Below, in pieces: positions 24,648 to 34,186 of a stretch of DNA of 64,000 bases (position 1 is its first letter; every line of letters starts with the position of its first letter). Made by a program: the position numbers and the translations under genes. Source of the DNA: an uncultured Elusimicrobiales bacterium (GTDB lineage Bacteria > Elusimicrobiota > Elusimicrobia > Elusimicrobiales > Elusimicrobiaceae); NCBI GenBank assembly GCA_944325055.1, contig CALUYP010000018.1:667-64666 (forward strand), in the 5' to 3' direction. The notes beneath the pieces are model-generated. The model ran no database searches. It saw nothing but the letters and a program-made list of their open reading frames with translations, and was not told the origin of the DNA.

Positions 24648-27110
24648 TTAGAGTAATTCCAGCGGAGCAAATTTCAACATAAAAGTACGCCTTACCCCGT
24701 TTCCAAACAGTACGGTAATTTTGGCATTATCTCCTGAACCCGCTACCGAAACAATTTTACCCTGTCCGAACACGCCGTGTTTGACCAATCCGCCCACTAC
24801 CGGTTCGCCCCCTTTCTGAGACGGAGTTGCTGCCGGTTCTTTGGGTGAATCCGCCGGTTTGGAAAAAGCCGGTTTGCCATACAACGCTCCCAGCCCCGAA
24901 GAACGGCCGTGCGAAGACGATGTATAATCCAAATCGTCATCTTCTTGGATCTCGTAACCGTCCTCGTCATAGCGTTTTTGAAAACGGCTCTTGGACGCAT
25001 ATCCCTCAAAAGGTTGGTAGCGGTTGGCGCCGAAATTATTCTTTCCGCGCGCATAGCCGCCGCCGTAATGACCGCCGGAATACGATCCACCAGTACCAGC
25101 CCCGTATAAGCCGTAGCGGGAACGGTAATCGGTATAGCGCGGCTGGGCGGCGCGCGCTTCCTGCACTTCGCTTTCATCCAAAAGACCGCTTTCAAACAAA
25201 AAGCGCGAAGGCAAGTTGTCTTGCAGCTGCCCGAACTTGCGGCGGGTCGCCGCATACGTTAAATATAATTTTTCGCGGGCGCGCGTCATCGCCACATAAC
25301 ACAGCCGGCGTTCTTCTTCCAAATCTTCTTCGTTATCCCGCCCAATGGGAAACAGGTTTTCTTCCAACCCCGTTACAAACACATCATTAAATTCAAGTCC
25401 TTTAGCCAGATGTACGGTCATCAGCGTTACCGCTCCGTTTTCATCCGCCTGGGAATCGTCCTCGCCCGACAACAGCGACACTTCCTGCAAAAAATCCGCC
25501 ACAGACGGTTCTTTTTCCCCTTTATGGCAGCGGATTTCATACTCTTTAACGGCGCTGATTAATTCTTCCAAGTTTTGTTTGCGGCTTTCGGCTTCGGGGT
25601 CTTTTTCCATTTCCGCCTTTACGGCGTCCATATAGCCCGATTCCACCAATATCTTGTTAAAAATATCCGCCGGATCCGTCAGCAGCATATCGCCGCGCCA
25701 ATTTTCAAACAGCTGTACCAGCTTGATCGCCGCCTTGCACGCCGCGGAGCTTAATCCCGGCACGTACGCCGCATTTTTTAAAGCGTCATACAGCGAAACG
25801 TGATGGGTTTCGGCATATTCCAGCAAGCGGTCCTGCGCTACTTTGCCCAGTCCGCGCGTGGGCGTGTTGATAATGCGCAAAAGGCTGACGTTGTCGGCCG
25901 GATTGACCAACATACGCGCATAGCACATCATATCTTTAATTTCTTTACGGTCATAAAAGCGCACCGTTCCCACCAAACGGTACGGAATTTGGTAGCGTCT
26001 AAAAGAGTCTTCAAAACTGCGGCTTTGGGCGTTGGTACGGTAGAAAACGGCTATCTCTTTTAAACTGGCCCCTTCATCCACCAAAGCCTTGATATTTTGG
26101 CTTACCCAACGCGATTCGTCGCCTTCGCTGTTTAATTGGCGCACTGCAATGGGGTCGCCTTGGGATTTATCGGTAAAGAGATTCTTTTCTTTGCGTTTTT
26201 TATTTTTGGAGATCAGGCGGTTGGACGCGTCCAAAATAACTTTTGTCGAACGATAGTTTTGTTCGAGCGTAATGGTTTTCACGTCCTGAAAATCTTTTTC
26301 AAATTCCAAAATGTTGCGGATATTCGCTCCGCGCCAAGAATAAATGCTCTGGTCAGGATCGCCCACTACGCACAATTTGCGGTGTTTGGCGGCCAACATC
26401 TTGGTAATTAAGTACTGGGTATGGTTGGTGTCCTGATACTCGTCCACTAAAATATATTGAAAGAAATCTTGATAATAATTGCGGATGTCCTCGTGGTCGC
26501 GCAGCAGCACCACGGTTTTGACGAGCAGATCGCCAAAATCAAGCGCGCCGGCTTCCTTGAGTTTTTGCTCGTAGTGGCGGTATATTTCGGCGGCGCGGAT
26601 TTTAAAATCCACTCCGCTGGCGGTGGCGCTTTGCATCATGGTTTCCGGTGAGACCATATCGTCTTTGGCGCGTGAAATTAAACTGACGATCTGGTTGATT
26701 TCTTTTTTCGGGTCTTTAATTCCCATCTGCTCCAAAATCAAACTGACGACTTTTTTCTGATCGGAATCGTCGTAAATGGCGAAATCGCGCGACAGGCCCA
26801 ACGCCTGCGCGTTCTGACGCAATAAACGCACGCCAAACGAGTGAAACGTATGAATCCACACGCGGTTTCCGTTGCCGGGGACAAGCGCTTCCACGCGTTC
26901 GCGCATTTCCTGGGCGGCTTTATTGGTAAACGTAACCGCCAAAATGCGCGCCGGATGATAGCCGTCGGCAATAAGCTTGGCGATTTTGGTGGTCAGCGTT
27001 TTGGTTTTACCCGTTCCCGCGCCGGCTACAATCAGGCACGGTCCGCCGTCGTAATTTACGGCTTCCAGCTGTTGGGGGTTTAATGATTTTAAAGCCTCTT
27101 GCAAATCCAT
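24648..27110 (-). CDS. pcrA: ATP-dependent DNA helicase PcrA/UvrD with extended low-complexity C-terminal linker
   Basis: SF1 motifs AGAGTGKT, VDEYQDTN, LEQNYRST, VTLMTVHLAKGLEF and YVAMTRAREKL. The C-terminal Tudor-like block is GGLVKHGVFGQGKIVSV... Confidence 0.9.
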   Translation of the reverse strand: MDLQEALKSLNPQQLEAVNYDGGPCLIVAGAGTGKTKTLTTKIAKLIADGYHPARILAVTFTNKAAQEMRERVEALVPGNGNRVWIHTFHSFGVRLLRQNAQALGLSRDFAIYDDSDQKKVVSLILEQMGIKDPKKEINQIVSLISRAKDDMVSPETMMQSATASGVDFKIRAAEIYRHYEQKLKEAGALDFGDLLVKTVVLLRDHEDIRNYYQDFFQYILVDEYQDTNHTQYLITKMLAAKHRKLCVVGDPDQSIYSWRGANIRNILEFEKDFQDVKTITLEQNYRSTKVILDASNRLISKNKKRKEKNLFTDKSQGDPIAVRQLNSEGDESRWVSQNIKALVDEGASLKEIAVFYRTNAQSRSFEDSFRRYQIPYRLVGTVRFYDRKEIKDMMCYARMLVNPADNVSLLRIINTPTRGLGKVAQDRLLEYAETHHVSLYDALKNAAYVPGLSSAACKAAIKLVQLFENWRGDMLLTDPADIFNKILVESGYMDAVKAEMEKDPEAESRKQNLEELISAVKEYEIRCHKGEKEPSVADFLQEVSLLSGEDDSQADENGAVTLMTVHLAKGLEFNDVFVTGLEENLFPIGRDNEEDLEEERRLCYVAMTRAREKLYLTYAATRRKFGQLQDNLPSRFLFESGLLDESEVQEARAAQPRYTDYRSRYGLYGAGTGGSYSGGHYGGGYARGKNNFGANRYQPFEGYASKSRFQKRYDEDGYEIQEDDDLDYTSSSHGRSSGLGALYGKPAFSKPADSPKEPAATPSQKGGEPVVGGLVKHGVFGQGKIVSVAGSGDNAKITVLFGNGVRRTFMLKFAPLELL

Positions 27111-27160
27111 AAAAATCCTATCTGCGCCATCTTGCGTTTTGAAACAAAGGCGGCGCGCGG

Positions 27161-28381
27161 TTATTTGAGTTTCATCTGAACAAAAGTTTCAATATGTTCG
27201 CTGTGCGGAAAGAAGTCAAAGGCTTCCACGTGTAAAATTTCATAGCGGTCCGTGAGAATTTTTAAATCCGCGGCCAGCGTAACGGGGTTACAGGAGATAT
27301 ATAATACATTCTCCACCCCCGATTCCGCCACCGCTTTGGCGGCCTTGGGATGCATCCCGCCGCGCGGCGGATCTAAAATAATCAGTGCGTCTTTGCGCTC
27401 AATCGGCTGTTGTTTAACAAAATCTTCCACTTTGGAGCAGAAAAATTGTACGTTGTTGACGCCGTTTAGTTTGGCGTTTTCAATGCCGTTGTACACCGCC
27501 GGGGCGACGCTTTCTACACAAATGCTTTTTTCGCACAAGTCGGCGCAGGAAAGAGAAAAACTGCCGGCGCCGCCGTATAAATCGTAAATGCGTTTGGGCG
27601 CAATTTTCTTAACCACGTCCCGCACGCGGGAATACATTTTTTGCGCGGTGCGCGTATTGGTTTGGAAAAACGACTGCGGCGACAGTTTAAACACCACCTC
27701 CCGTTCGGTTTGCCCGTCCGAGGCGGTTAGTATGATTTTTTCAAAAATATGGTCTTTGCCTTTAAGTACCCGCAAGGATTCGGGCGCAGCCGTATCGGCT
27801 AATCCCGTATTAACGGCCGTCATAATGTTGGCCTGCGGCAATACGCTTTCCACGGCTTGCACAAATGTTTTTTCGTTGAAATCGTCGGTTACGAACAGCA
27901 CCACGATTTCTTCGCCGGTATTTTTGCCTTCGCGCACCATTAAGTGGCGCAATACGCCGGTATGTTTGCGCTGGTCGTAGTATTCCAAATTTTCGGCCTT
28001 GGCCCATGCGCGGATGGCCTGCAACAGCGGAATCAATTTATCGTTAAAAAGTGCGCATTCGGTAATGTCTACCGCCCGATCCCAGCGGCCTTTTAATTTA
28101 AAACCAAACGCATTTTCAAATTCCAGCGGACGGGTCTTGTTGGCGGGATCTTTTTTGTCGTAATCTTCCCGCCATTTGACTTGGTGGCAAAACCCCAGTT
28201 CCACCTTGTTGCGGAAGTTCTTCGGGTCGTCCGTTACTGTCACGGGGATATCCCCCGTCCAGAAGTCTTTCAGAATTTCCTGCAGCTGGGCACGCTTTTT
28301 AGCCACTTGTTCTTCGTAAGACAAGTCCAACAGCGCACAGCCGCCGCATTGGCCGAAATGTTTGCAGGTAATTTTAGGCAT
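27161..28381 (-). CDS. Class I SAM-dependent RNA (uracil-5)-methyltransferase, TrmA/RlmD family (no TRAM domain)
   Basis: N-terminal Fe-S Cys cluster CKHFGQCGGC. SAM-binding fold DLYGGAGSFSL, plus LDPPRGG and the catalytic region ISCNP. Confidence 0.8.
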   Translation of the reverse strand: MPKITCKHFGQCGGCALLDLSYEEQVAKKRAQLQEILKDFWTGDIPVTVTDDPKNFRNKVELGFCHQVKWREDYDKKDPANKTRPLEFENAFGFKLKGRWDRAVDITECALFNDKLIPLLQAIRAWAKAENLEYYDQRKHTGVLRHLMVREGKNTGEEIVVLFVTDDFNEKTFVQAVESVLPQANIMTAVNTGLADTAAPESLRVLKGKDHIFEKIILTASDGQTEREVVFKLSPQSFFQTNTRTAQKMYSRVRDVVKKIAPKRIYDLYGGAGSFSLSCADLCEKSICVESVAPAVYNGIENAKLNGVNNVQFFCSKVEDFVKQQPIERKDALIILDPPRGGMHPKAAKAVAESGVENVLYISCNPVTLAADLKILTDRYEILHVEAFDFFPHSEHIETFVQMKLK

Positions 28382-29447
28382 TGATTTTAAACAGGCAAAC
28401 GTCGCCGTCCTTTACGATATAGTCTTTCCCTTCGGAACGGATTAACCCGTGTTCACGAAGCGCTTTTTCGCTGCCGTATTGGGCTAGATCGTCAAAGGTG
28501 TACACGTCGGCACGGATGAAGCCTTTTTCAAAATCGCTGTGGATTTTGCCCGCCGCCTGCGGCGCCGTACAGCCCACCGGAATTAACCAGCTGCGCACTT
28601 CCACTTCTTCGCCGGCGGTAAAATACGTACACAAATTCAAGAGTTTCATTCCCTCGCGCACGATTTTTTCAAGCCCGGTATAATCGCTTCCGGTTTCGGC
28701 CAAAAACGCCTTCTTTTCTTCTTCGGAAAATTCCGCGATGTCGGCTTCAAATTTTACGCACAATTCCACAAAACCCGCGCCGTTTTCTTGGGCGTACTTA
28801 GCTACCTTTTCGGCGTTTTGCACGTTGCGTTTTTCAGAATTGTTGCCCACATACAGCACGGGCTTGGCGGTTAAAAATTGATAATCTTTCAATTCTTCGG
28901 GTTCTAATCCCAGCGAGCTGACCGGCTTTCCGTTTTCCAGCGCAGCCTTGATTTCTTTCATCCGCGCCCACGCGGCCACGGCGTCTTTCTTGCCGCTTTT
29001 AGCGTTAGAACCCAAACGGTCGCATACCTTGGTGGCCGTTTCCAGATCCGCCAACATCAGTTCAGTATTGATAATTTCAATATCGCGCAGCGGGTCTATG
29101 GAGTTCATCACATGAGTAACGTTATCGTCATCAAACAAACGCACTACGTGGATGATCGCGTCCACCTCGCGGATATTGGCTAAAAATTTATTGCCCAGTC
29201 CTTCCCCTTGGCTCGCCCCTTTGACAATACCCGCAATATCCACAAATTTAATAAACGCAGCCGTTTTCTTGGGCGGTTTAAACATTTCAAACAACTTGTC
29301 CAGCCGCTTATCCGGGATAGGAACAATGCCGACGTTGGGTTCAATCGTGCAGAACGGGTAATTGCTGGCTTCCGCACCCGCACAGGTAAGCGCGTTAAAA
29401 AGGGTGGATTTGCCCACGTTGGGCAGACCGACGATACCGATTTCCAT
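28374..29447 (-). CDS. ychF: Redox-regulated ribosome-binding ATPase YchF
   Basis: [21 protein letters not shown], followed by a coiled-coil insert and a C-terminal TGS-like domain ([15 protein letters not shown]). Confidence 0.92.
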   Translation of the reverse strand: MEIGIVGLPNVGKSTLFNALTCAGAEASNYPFCTIEPNVGIVPIPDKRLDKLFEMFKPPKKTAAFIKFVDIAGIVKGASQGEGLGNKFLANIREVDAIIHVVRLFDDDNVTHVMNSIDPLRDIEIINTELMLADLETATKVCDRLGSNAKSGKKDAVAAWARMKEIKAALENGKPVSSLGLEPEELKDYQFLTAKPVLYVGNNSEKRNVQNAEKVAKYAQENGAGFVELCVKFEADIAEFSEEEKKAFLAETGSDYTGLEKIVREGMKLLNLCTYFTAGEEVEVRSWLIPVGCTAPQAAGKIHSDFEKGFIRADVYTFDDLAQYGSEKALREHGLIRSEGKDYIVKDGDVCLFKINA

Positions 29448-29527
29448 ATAGACAACTCCTTGGACAAATGATAAAACGGAATGATTAATTCTATTCTACC
29501 ATTTTAAGCCGTCCGCTACTACGCCCG

Positions 29528-29558
29528 AAAAAACAAAAACCCTGCCAAAGAGCAGGGT
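29528..29558 (-). terminator. Rho-independent terminator after tRNA-Glu
   Basis: On the minus strand: CCCTGC-tctttg-GCAGGG followed by TTTTTGTTTTTT. Confidence 0.75.
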
Positions 29559-29569
29559 AAAAAGGAAAA

Positions 29570-29643
29570 ACGTCCCGTACGAGATTCGAACTCGTGATCT
29601 CCGCCTTGAGAGGGCGGCGTCCTGGGCCGCTAGACGAACGGGA
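29570..29643 (-). tRNA. tRNA-Glu (anticodon CUC)
   Basis: The reverse complement GTCCCGTTCGTCTAGCGGCCCAGGACGCCGCCCTCTCAAGGCGGAGATCACGAGTTCGAATCTCGTACGGGACG folds as a cloverleaf. It has a 7-bp acceptor stem, anticodon stem CCGCC/GGCGG with loop CU-CUC-AA, and T arm ACGAG-TTCGAAT-CTCGT. No CCA is encoded. Confidence 0.92.
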
Positions 29644-29653
29644 CTTCTTTGTT

Positions 29654-29662
29654 TATTTTACC
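29654..29662 (-). promoter_or_regulatory. Candidate extended -10 promoter (TGgTAAAAT) for tRNA-Glu
   Basis: On the minus strand, TGGTAAAAT ends 10 nt upstream of the mature tRNA 5' end. No good -35 is present. Confidence 0.4.
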
Positions 29663-29767
29663 ATATTTTATTTTTACGGGGGAGAAGAAGCGGAAGCTTT
29701 TTCATTTTTTATATAATTTAATTATTAAATGTTTGAATCGTCTGTTTCTTTTGAAAGAGGTTTTAAT

Positions 29768-30829
29768 ATGGAATTATCTGTTGTGCAAACCACGCTGCTT
29801 TCCCTTTTGATTGCCGTTGTCTTGTTTTTGCCGCTTACGGTACATAAAGTGGAAGAAAACTTGGAAGCTTTTTTGTTTCTCTGCGGGATGTTCGCAGTAA
29901 CCGTTTCCCAAGTTTGGAGCGGTCATTTGGTGTTGACCGCGTTGGAAGATCCGATCAAGATTACGCTGGCTGTCTTAGTCGCCGGACTGCTGTTTCGGAA
30001 ATTTAACAAACAATTGCAAAAACTGACACAAAAAGCCGTCAAGGTATTGGGGCTGCGCGCCACCTTATTCGCCATCGTATTTATTTTGGGAATTACCTCC
30101 AGCCTGATTACGGCTATTATTGCAGCGCTTATTTTGTCGGAAGTAACGGTCATGCTCCCGTTAGAACGTAAAGGACGTATTAAATTAGTGGTATACTCTT
30201 GTTTTGCCATCGGGATGGGCGCCGTACTAACCTCCATCGGAGAACCATTGGGAACAGTCGTGTTGTCTAAACTTTCAGGGGCGCCTCACTATGCCGATTT
30301 CTTCTTTCTAATCGATCATTTGGGTTGGTTCGTACTGGGCGGTATTGTATTTATGTCCGGTTTGGCCAGCGCCATACGGGATAATCCTATCCAAAAAGCG
30401 CCCGGTCCCAAACCGGCAGATGCCGGTCAGGAAGAACATACCGTCAAAAGCATTGTCATCCGGGCGGCAAAAGTATACCTGTTTGTAATGGCCTTGGTCT
30501 TTTTAGGTGACGGATTAAAACCGCTTGCCATGCAAACCATCTCCCACCTGTCCGCCAGCTGGTTATACTGGATTAATATGTTATCAGCCGTTTTGGATAA
30601 CGCTACCTTAGCCGCCATAGAAGTAACGCCGGATATCAGTACACGCACTTTAACTTTCTTGCTGATGAGCTTGATTGTTTCCGGCGGAATGCTGATACCG
30701 GGGAATATCCCCAATATTATCTGTGCTTCCAAATTGGGCATCAAAAGCAAAGAGTGGGCCAAAGCGGCCGTCGGACTGGGAGCCGTAATCATGGTGGCCT
30801 ATTTCATTTTGCTAAACGCTTTTTTATAA
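29768..30829 (+). CDS. Polytopic inner-membrane protein of unknown function (about 10 TM; possibly DUF1646-like)
   Basis: Hydrophobic throughout. An AGAGG SD lies 7 nt upstream of ATG 29768; the ORF-track start at 29729 lacks an SD. The family assignment is from memory only. Confidence 0.5.
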   Translation: MELSVVQTTLLSLLIAVVLFLPLTVHKVEENLEAFLFLCGMFAVTVSQVWSGHLVLTALEDPIKITLAVLVAGLLFRKFNKQLQKLTQKAVKVLGLRATLFAIVFILGITSSLITAIIAALILSEVTVMLPLERKGRIKLVVYSCFAIGMGAVLTSIGEPLGTVVLSKLSGAPHYADFFFLIDHLGWFVLGGIVFMSGLASAIRDNPIQKAPGPKPADAGQEEHTVKSIVIRAAKVYLFVMALVFLGDGLKPLAMQTISHLSASWLYWINMLSAVLDNATLAAIEVTPDISTRTLTFLLMSLIVSGGMLIPGNIPNIICASKLGIKSKEWAKAAVGLGAVIMVAYFILLNAFL

Positions 30830-30857
30830 GAATTCCGCCAAATCCGCTTGCAATTAC

Positions 30858-30884
30858 AAGCCGCTTCTAGATTAGAAGCGGCTT
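30858..30884 (+). terminator. 12-bp hairpin after membrane-protein gene (weak U-tract)
   Basis: AAGCCGCTTCTA-gat-TAGAAGCGGCTT followed by ATGATATTT. Confidence 0.5.
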
Positions 30885-30956
30885 ATGATATTTACACGGC
30901 AATCCAAACGCTAATTTTATATAATCTGGTTATATTTATAATACAGGGGAGAATTT

Positions 30957-33512
30957 ATGAAAATCCATTCATTCAACGTACAGCCCAATTTACCCGAAAA
31001 CATCAAGTTTTTGGAAGAATTAGCCAATGATATGTGGTTTACTTGGAATTGGCAGGCCATTTTATTGTTTGTACAAGTAGATCCAAAGCTCTGGACGGCA
31101 GCTAAACGTAATCCGAAATGGTTTTTGGGCTGTGTACCCCAAAAACGGCTTGAAGAACTGAGCAAAGACGAAAATTTCGTTAACAACTTAAATAAAGTAA
31201 AAGAAGCTTATTATAACTATAAAAACAACCAACACACTTGGTACCAAGAACACCGCCATGAAAACGGCAATTTGTTGACTGCCTATTTTTCAATGGAATA
31301 CGGCATAGGCGAAGGATTGCCCATTTATTCGGGCGGATTGGGAATGCTGGCAGGGGACCATATCAAGTCCGCCAGCGATTTGGGAATGCCGATTATCGGA
31401 GTAGGATTATTTTATAAACAAGGATACGTCCAACAAATACTCAACCGCGAAGGCTGGCAGAACGAAGAATACCCGGATAACGATTGGGCACATATGCCCG
31501 TTGAACGTGTAATGAAAGACGGAGAAGAAGTTACCGTTGATATTCCCCTCGGGGCGGAAACGGTAAAAGCCTGCATTTGGCGGGTGCCCGTCGGACGAAC
31601 CTCTCTTTATTTGCTGGATACCAACCTACAGGAAAATACTCCCGCACAGCGCGCCATTACCGAAAAACTCTACGGCGGCGACCGCGAAAACCGGATCCGC
31701 CAAGAGGTGGTTTTGGGCATCGGCGGCGTAAAAGCTTTGACGGCGATGGGAATCCATCCTTCCGTCTATCATATTAACGAAGGACACAGCGCTTTCCTGC
31801 TTTTCCAACGTATCATTGATTTGATGAAAGGCAAAAATCTTTCCTTTGCCCAAGCGCGTGAAATCGTATGGGCGACTTCCGTATTTACCACGCATACGCC
31901 CGTTATCGCAGGCAATGAACATTTCGATCCAGTGCTGGTACGCAAATATATGGATTTTTATGCAAAGGAAATGGGAATCTCTTGGGACGAATTTTTGGCT
32001 CTGGGCAAAGAAAAAGCCGACTCTGCCACTTATTGCATGACGGTCGTGGCGTTGCGTCTGTCGGCCTTTTGCAATGGGGTGGCTAAATTGCACGGGGTGG
32101 TCAGCCGGGAAATGTGGCATAATCTCTGGCCCGGCCTGCCCATCACGGAAGTGCCGATTACCAGCATTACCAACGGTATTCACAGCGCTTCCTGGATTTC
32201 ACATGAGCTAAACGAACTGTACCGTAAATATCTGTTCGACAACAACCAAAGCGGAGAAGTCGATTCTTCCAACGAAAAAGCTTGGTCTAAAATATCGGAT
32301 ATTCCGGATTCCGAATTTTGGAATGTACATACCATCCGCAAAAACAAACTCATCGATATGGTGCGCGGAAGGCTGAAACGCCAATTAACCAGACAAGGTT
32401 TCGACGTCATGAGCGTAAAAAAAGCCAGCAAAGTGCTTCGCCCCGATACGCTGACGATTGGTTTTGCACGCCGATTTGCCACTTATAAACGCGCTACCTT
32501 GCTGTTTAAAGACTTAAACCGCTTGGATAAAATCGTCAACAATCCGCAGCGGCCGGTGCAATTTGTCTTTGCCGGAAAAGCACATCCCGCCGATACCGCC
32601 GGAAAAGAATTTATCAAAATGATTGTATCGCTTACACAAAATGATGTCCGTTTTAAAGGAAAAATTGTTTTTGTAGAAGACTACAATATGAATACCGCCC
32701 GTTATATGGTGCAAGGAGTAGACGTGTGGCTTAACAATCCCATCCGACCGATGGAAGCCAGCGGAACAAGCGGCATGAAAGCCGCCCTAAACGGCGCGTT
32801 GGCGTTGTCCATCTTGGACGGCTGGTGGGATGAAGTGGGACCTTGCGACTTTGGTTGGTCTATCGGCGGAGCAGAGAATTATAAAACGGAAGCGGAGCGC
32901 GACGCTGTAGAGTCTGAGGCGTTATACAACTTAATCGAGCAAGATATCGCACCTACCTATTACGCCAAAGAGGCTGGAACGGAATATTCATCCGCTTGGT
33001 TGTCTTTAATGAAAGAATCGGTTAAACACATCGCTCCCGTTTTTAATACAAACCGTATGGTTAAAGAATATTACGAACGCTTTTATATTCCCGCCAATAA
33101 TTACGGCCTGATTTTAAATGAGGCAGGCAAAGCCGAGGCAGTGGCTGCATGGCGGCGTAAAATTGCGGAAAATTGGTACCGCGTAAATGTAACAGATATT
33201 ACTCCTCAGCCCGAAACAGCCATCTTAATGGGCGATAAGGTAAACTTTAAAGCCCGAGTCATTTTGGGCAACTTGGCGCCGGAAGATATTCAGGTAGAAC
33301 TCTATCTGGGACAACGCGGCAGTTTGGGCGATATCGTTAAAGAAGACGCTATTGATATGACTTGCACCGGAAAAGACGGAGAAGCATATCTTTATGAAGT
33401 ATCCATGTCCCCGCTTAACAGCGGCAGGCAAGATTATGCTCTGCGGATATTGCCCTATAACAATGATATCCCCAATGTACTGACGCCTTTGTTTATTCGT
33501 TGGGAAGAATGA
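30957..33512 (+). CDS. glgP: Alpha-glucan (glycogen/maltodextrin) phosphorylase, GT35 'alpha-glucan family' type
   Basis: 851 aa with YFSMEYGIGEGLPIYSGGLGMLAGDH and the PLP-Lys block EASGTSGMKAALNGAL. An AGGGGAG SD is present. Confidence 0.88.
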   Translation: MKIHSFNVQPNLPENIKFLEELANDMWFTWNWQAILLFVQVDPKLWTAAKRNPKWFLGCVPQKRLEELSKDENFVNNLNKVKEAYYNYKNNQHTWYQEHRHENGNLLTAYFSMEYGIGEGLPIYSGGLGMLAGDHIKSASDLGMPIIGVGLFYKQGYVQQILNREGWQNEEYPDNDWAHMPVERVMKDGEEVTVDIPLGAETVKACIWRVPVGRTSLYLLDTNLQENTPAQRAITEKLYGGDRENRIRQEVVLGIGGVKALTAMGIHPSVYHINEGHSAFLLFQRIIDLMKGKNLSFAQAREIVWATSVFTTHTPVIAGNEHFDPVLVRKYMDFYAKEMGISWDEFLALGKEKADSATYCMTVVALRLSAFCNGVAKLHGVVSREMWHNLWPGLPITEVPITSITNGIHSASWISHELNELYRKYLFDNNQSGEVDSSNEKAWSKISDIPDSEFWNVHTIRKNKLIDMVRGRLKRQLTRQGFDVMSVKKASKVLRPDTLTIGFARRFATYKRATLLFKDLNRLDKIVNNPQRPVQFVFAGKAHPADTAGKEFIKMIVSLTQNDVRFKGKIVFVEDYNMNTARYMVQGVDVWLNNPIRPMEASGTSGMKAALNGALALSILDGWWDEVGPCDFGWSIGGAENYKTEAERDAVESEALYNLIEQDIAPTYYAKEAGTEYSSAWLSLMKESVKHIAPVFNTNRMVKEYYERFYIPANNYGLILNEAGKAEAVAAWRRKIAENWYRVNVTDITPQPETAILMGDKVNFKARVILGNLAPEDIQVELYLGQRGSLGDIVKEDAIDMTCTGKDGEAYLYEVSMSPLNSGRQDYALRILPYNNDIPNVLTPLFIRWEE

Positions 33513-33545
33513 AATTTGTTTGGCAGTAACAATTTGCAATCATGG

Positions 33546-33629
33546 CAGAAGGATGCAATACAGCCGGGAAAAATGTCCGCTTACGGCACAGGAGCTGACC
33601 GTTTTTCCGGCTGCTTGCCTTCTGTTTTT
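33546..33629 (+). terminator. Long composite hairpin plus T-run between glgP and trmL (terminator/attenuator-like)
   Basis: Outer stem CAGAAGG/CCTTCTG, inner stem CAGCCGG/CCGGCTG plus AAAAA/TTTTT, and an apical region of about 28 nt. TTTTT follows. The element ends 8 nt before the trmL ATG. Confidence 0.5.
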
Positions 33630-33637
33630 AGAAAATT

Positions 33638-34105
33638 ATGCTTAACATCGTATTAGTCAATCCCGAAATTCCATTTAATACCGGAAATATCGGACGTTCG
33701 TGTGTGGCAACGGGAACGCGGCTGCATTTAGTAGGAAAGCTGGGATTTAAAATCGCTTCTAAAGAGATCCGCCGTTCCGGGCTGGACTACTGGCCTCATC
33801 TAGATTACCGCCGTTATGAAACTTGGGAATCATTCTTAGAAGCGGAAAAACCCATAGAGGAAAAAATGTTTTTTCTCTCCACCAAAGGAAAAACCGCTTA
33901 TTGGAATGCCGTTTTTCCACCTGACGCTTTCTTAATTTTTGGGGCGGAATCCTGCGGGCTTCCTAAAGACTTTTATGAACGCTACAAACACCGCCTGTTT
34001 ACCATCCCTATGACGGGACCTGTACGTTCGTTGAATTTATCGTCCTCCGCCGCGATCGTTTTGTTCGAAGCCCTGCGGCAAACCGGCTATCCGTTTAATA
34101 AATAG
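33638..34105 (+). CDS. trmL: tRNA (cytidine/uridine-34-2'-O)-methyltransferase TrmL (SpoU/TrmH family)
   Basis: MLNIVLVNPEIPFNTGNIGRSC... and the C-terminal knot motif SLNLSSSAAIVLFEALRQ. It ends with TAG. Confidence 0.88.
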   Translation: MLNIVLVNPEIPFNTGNIGRSCVATGTRLHLVGKLGFKIASKEIRRSGLDYWPHLDYRRYETWESFLEAEKPIEEKMFFLSTKGKTAYWNAVFPPDAFLIFGAESCGLPKDFYERYKHRLFTIPMTGPVRSLNLSSSAAIVLFEALRQTGYPFNK

Positions 34106-34136
34106 CCGGCCCGGAACAGAACGAAAACTTGCCAAT

Positions 34137-34167
34137 AAAAAACCCGCTCCTTATCAGCGGGTTTTTT
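34137..34167. terminator. Bidirectional rho-independent terminator
   Basis: AAAAAA-CCCGCT-ccttatc-AGCGGG-TTTTTT lies between trmL (+) and the pilin gene (-). Confidence 0.85.
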
Positions 34168-34186
34168 AAAAAACACTCAGTACGAT

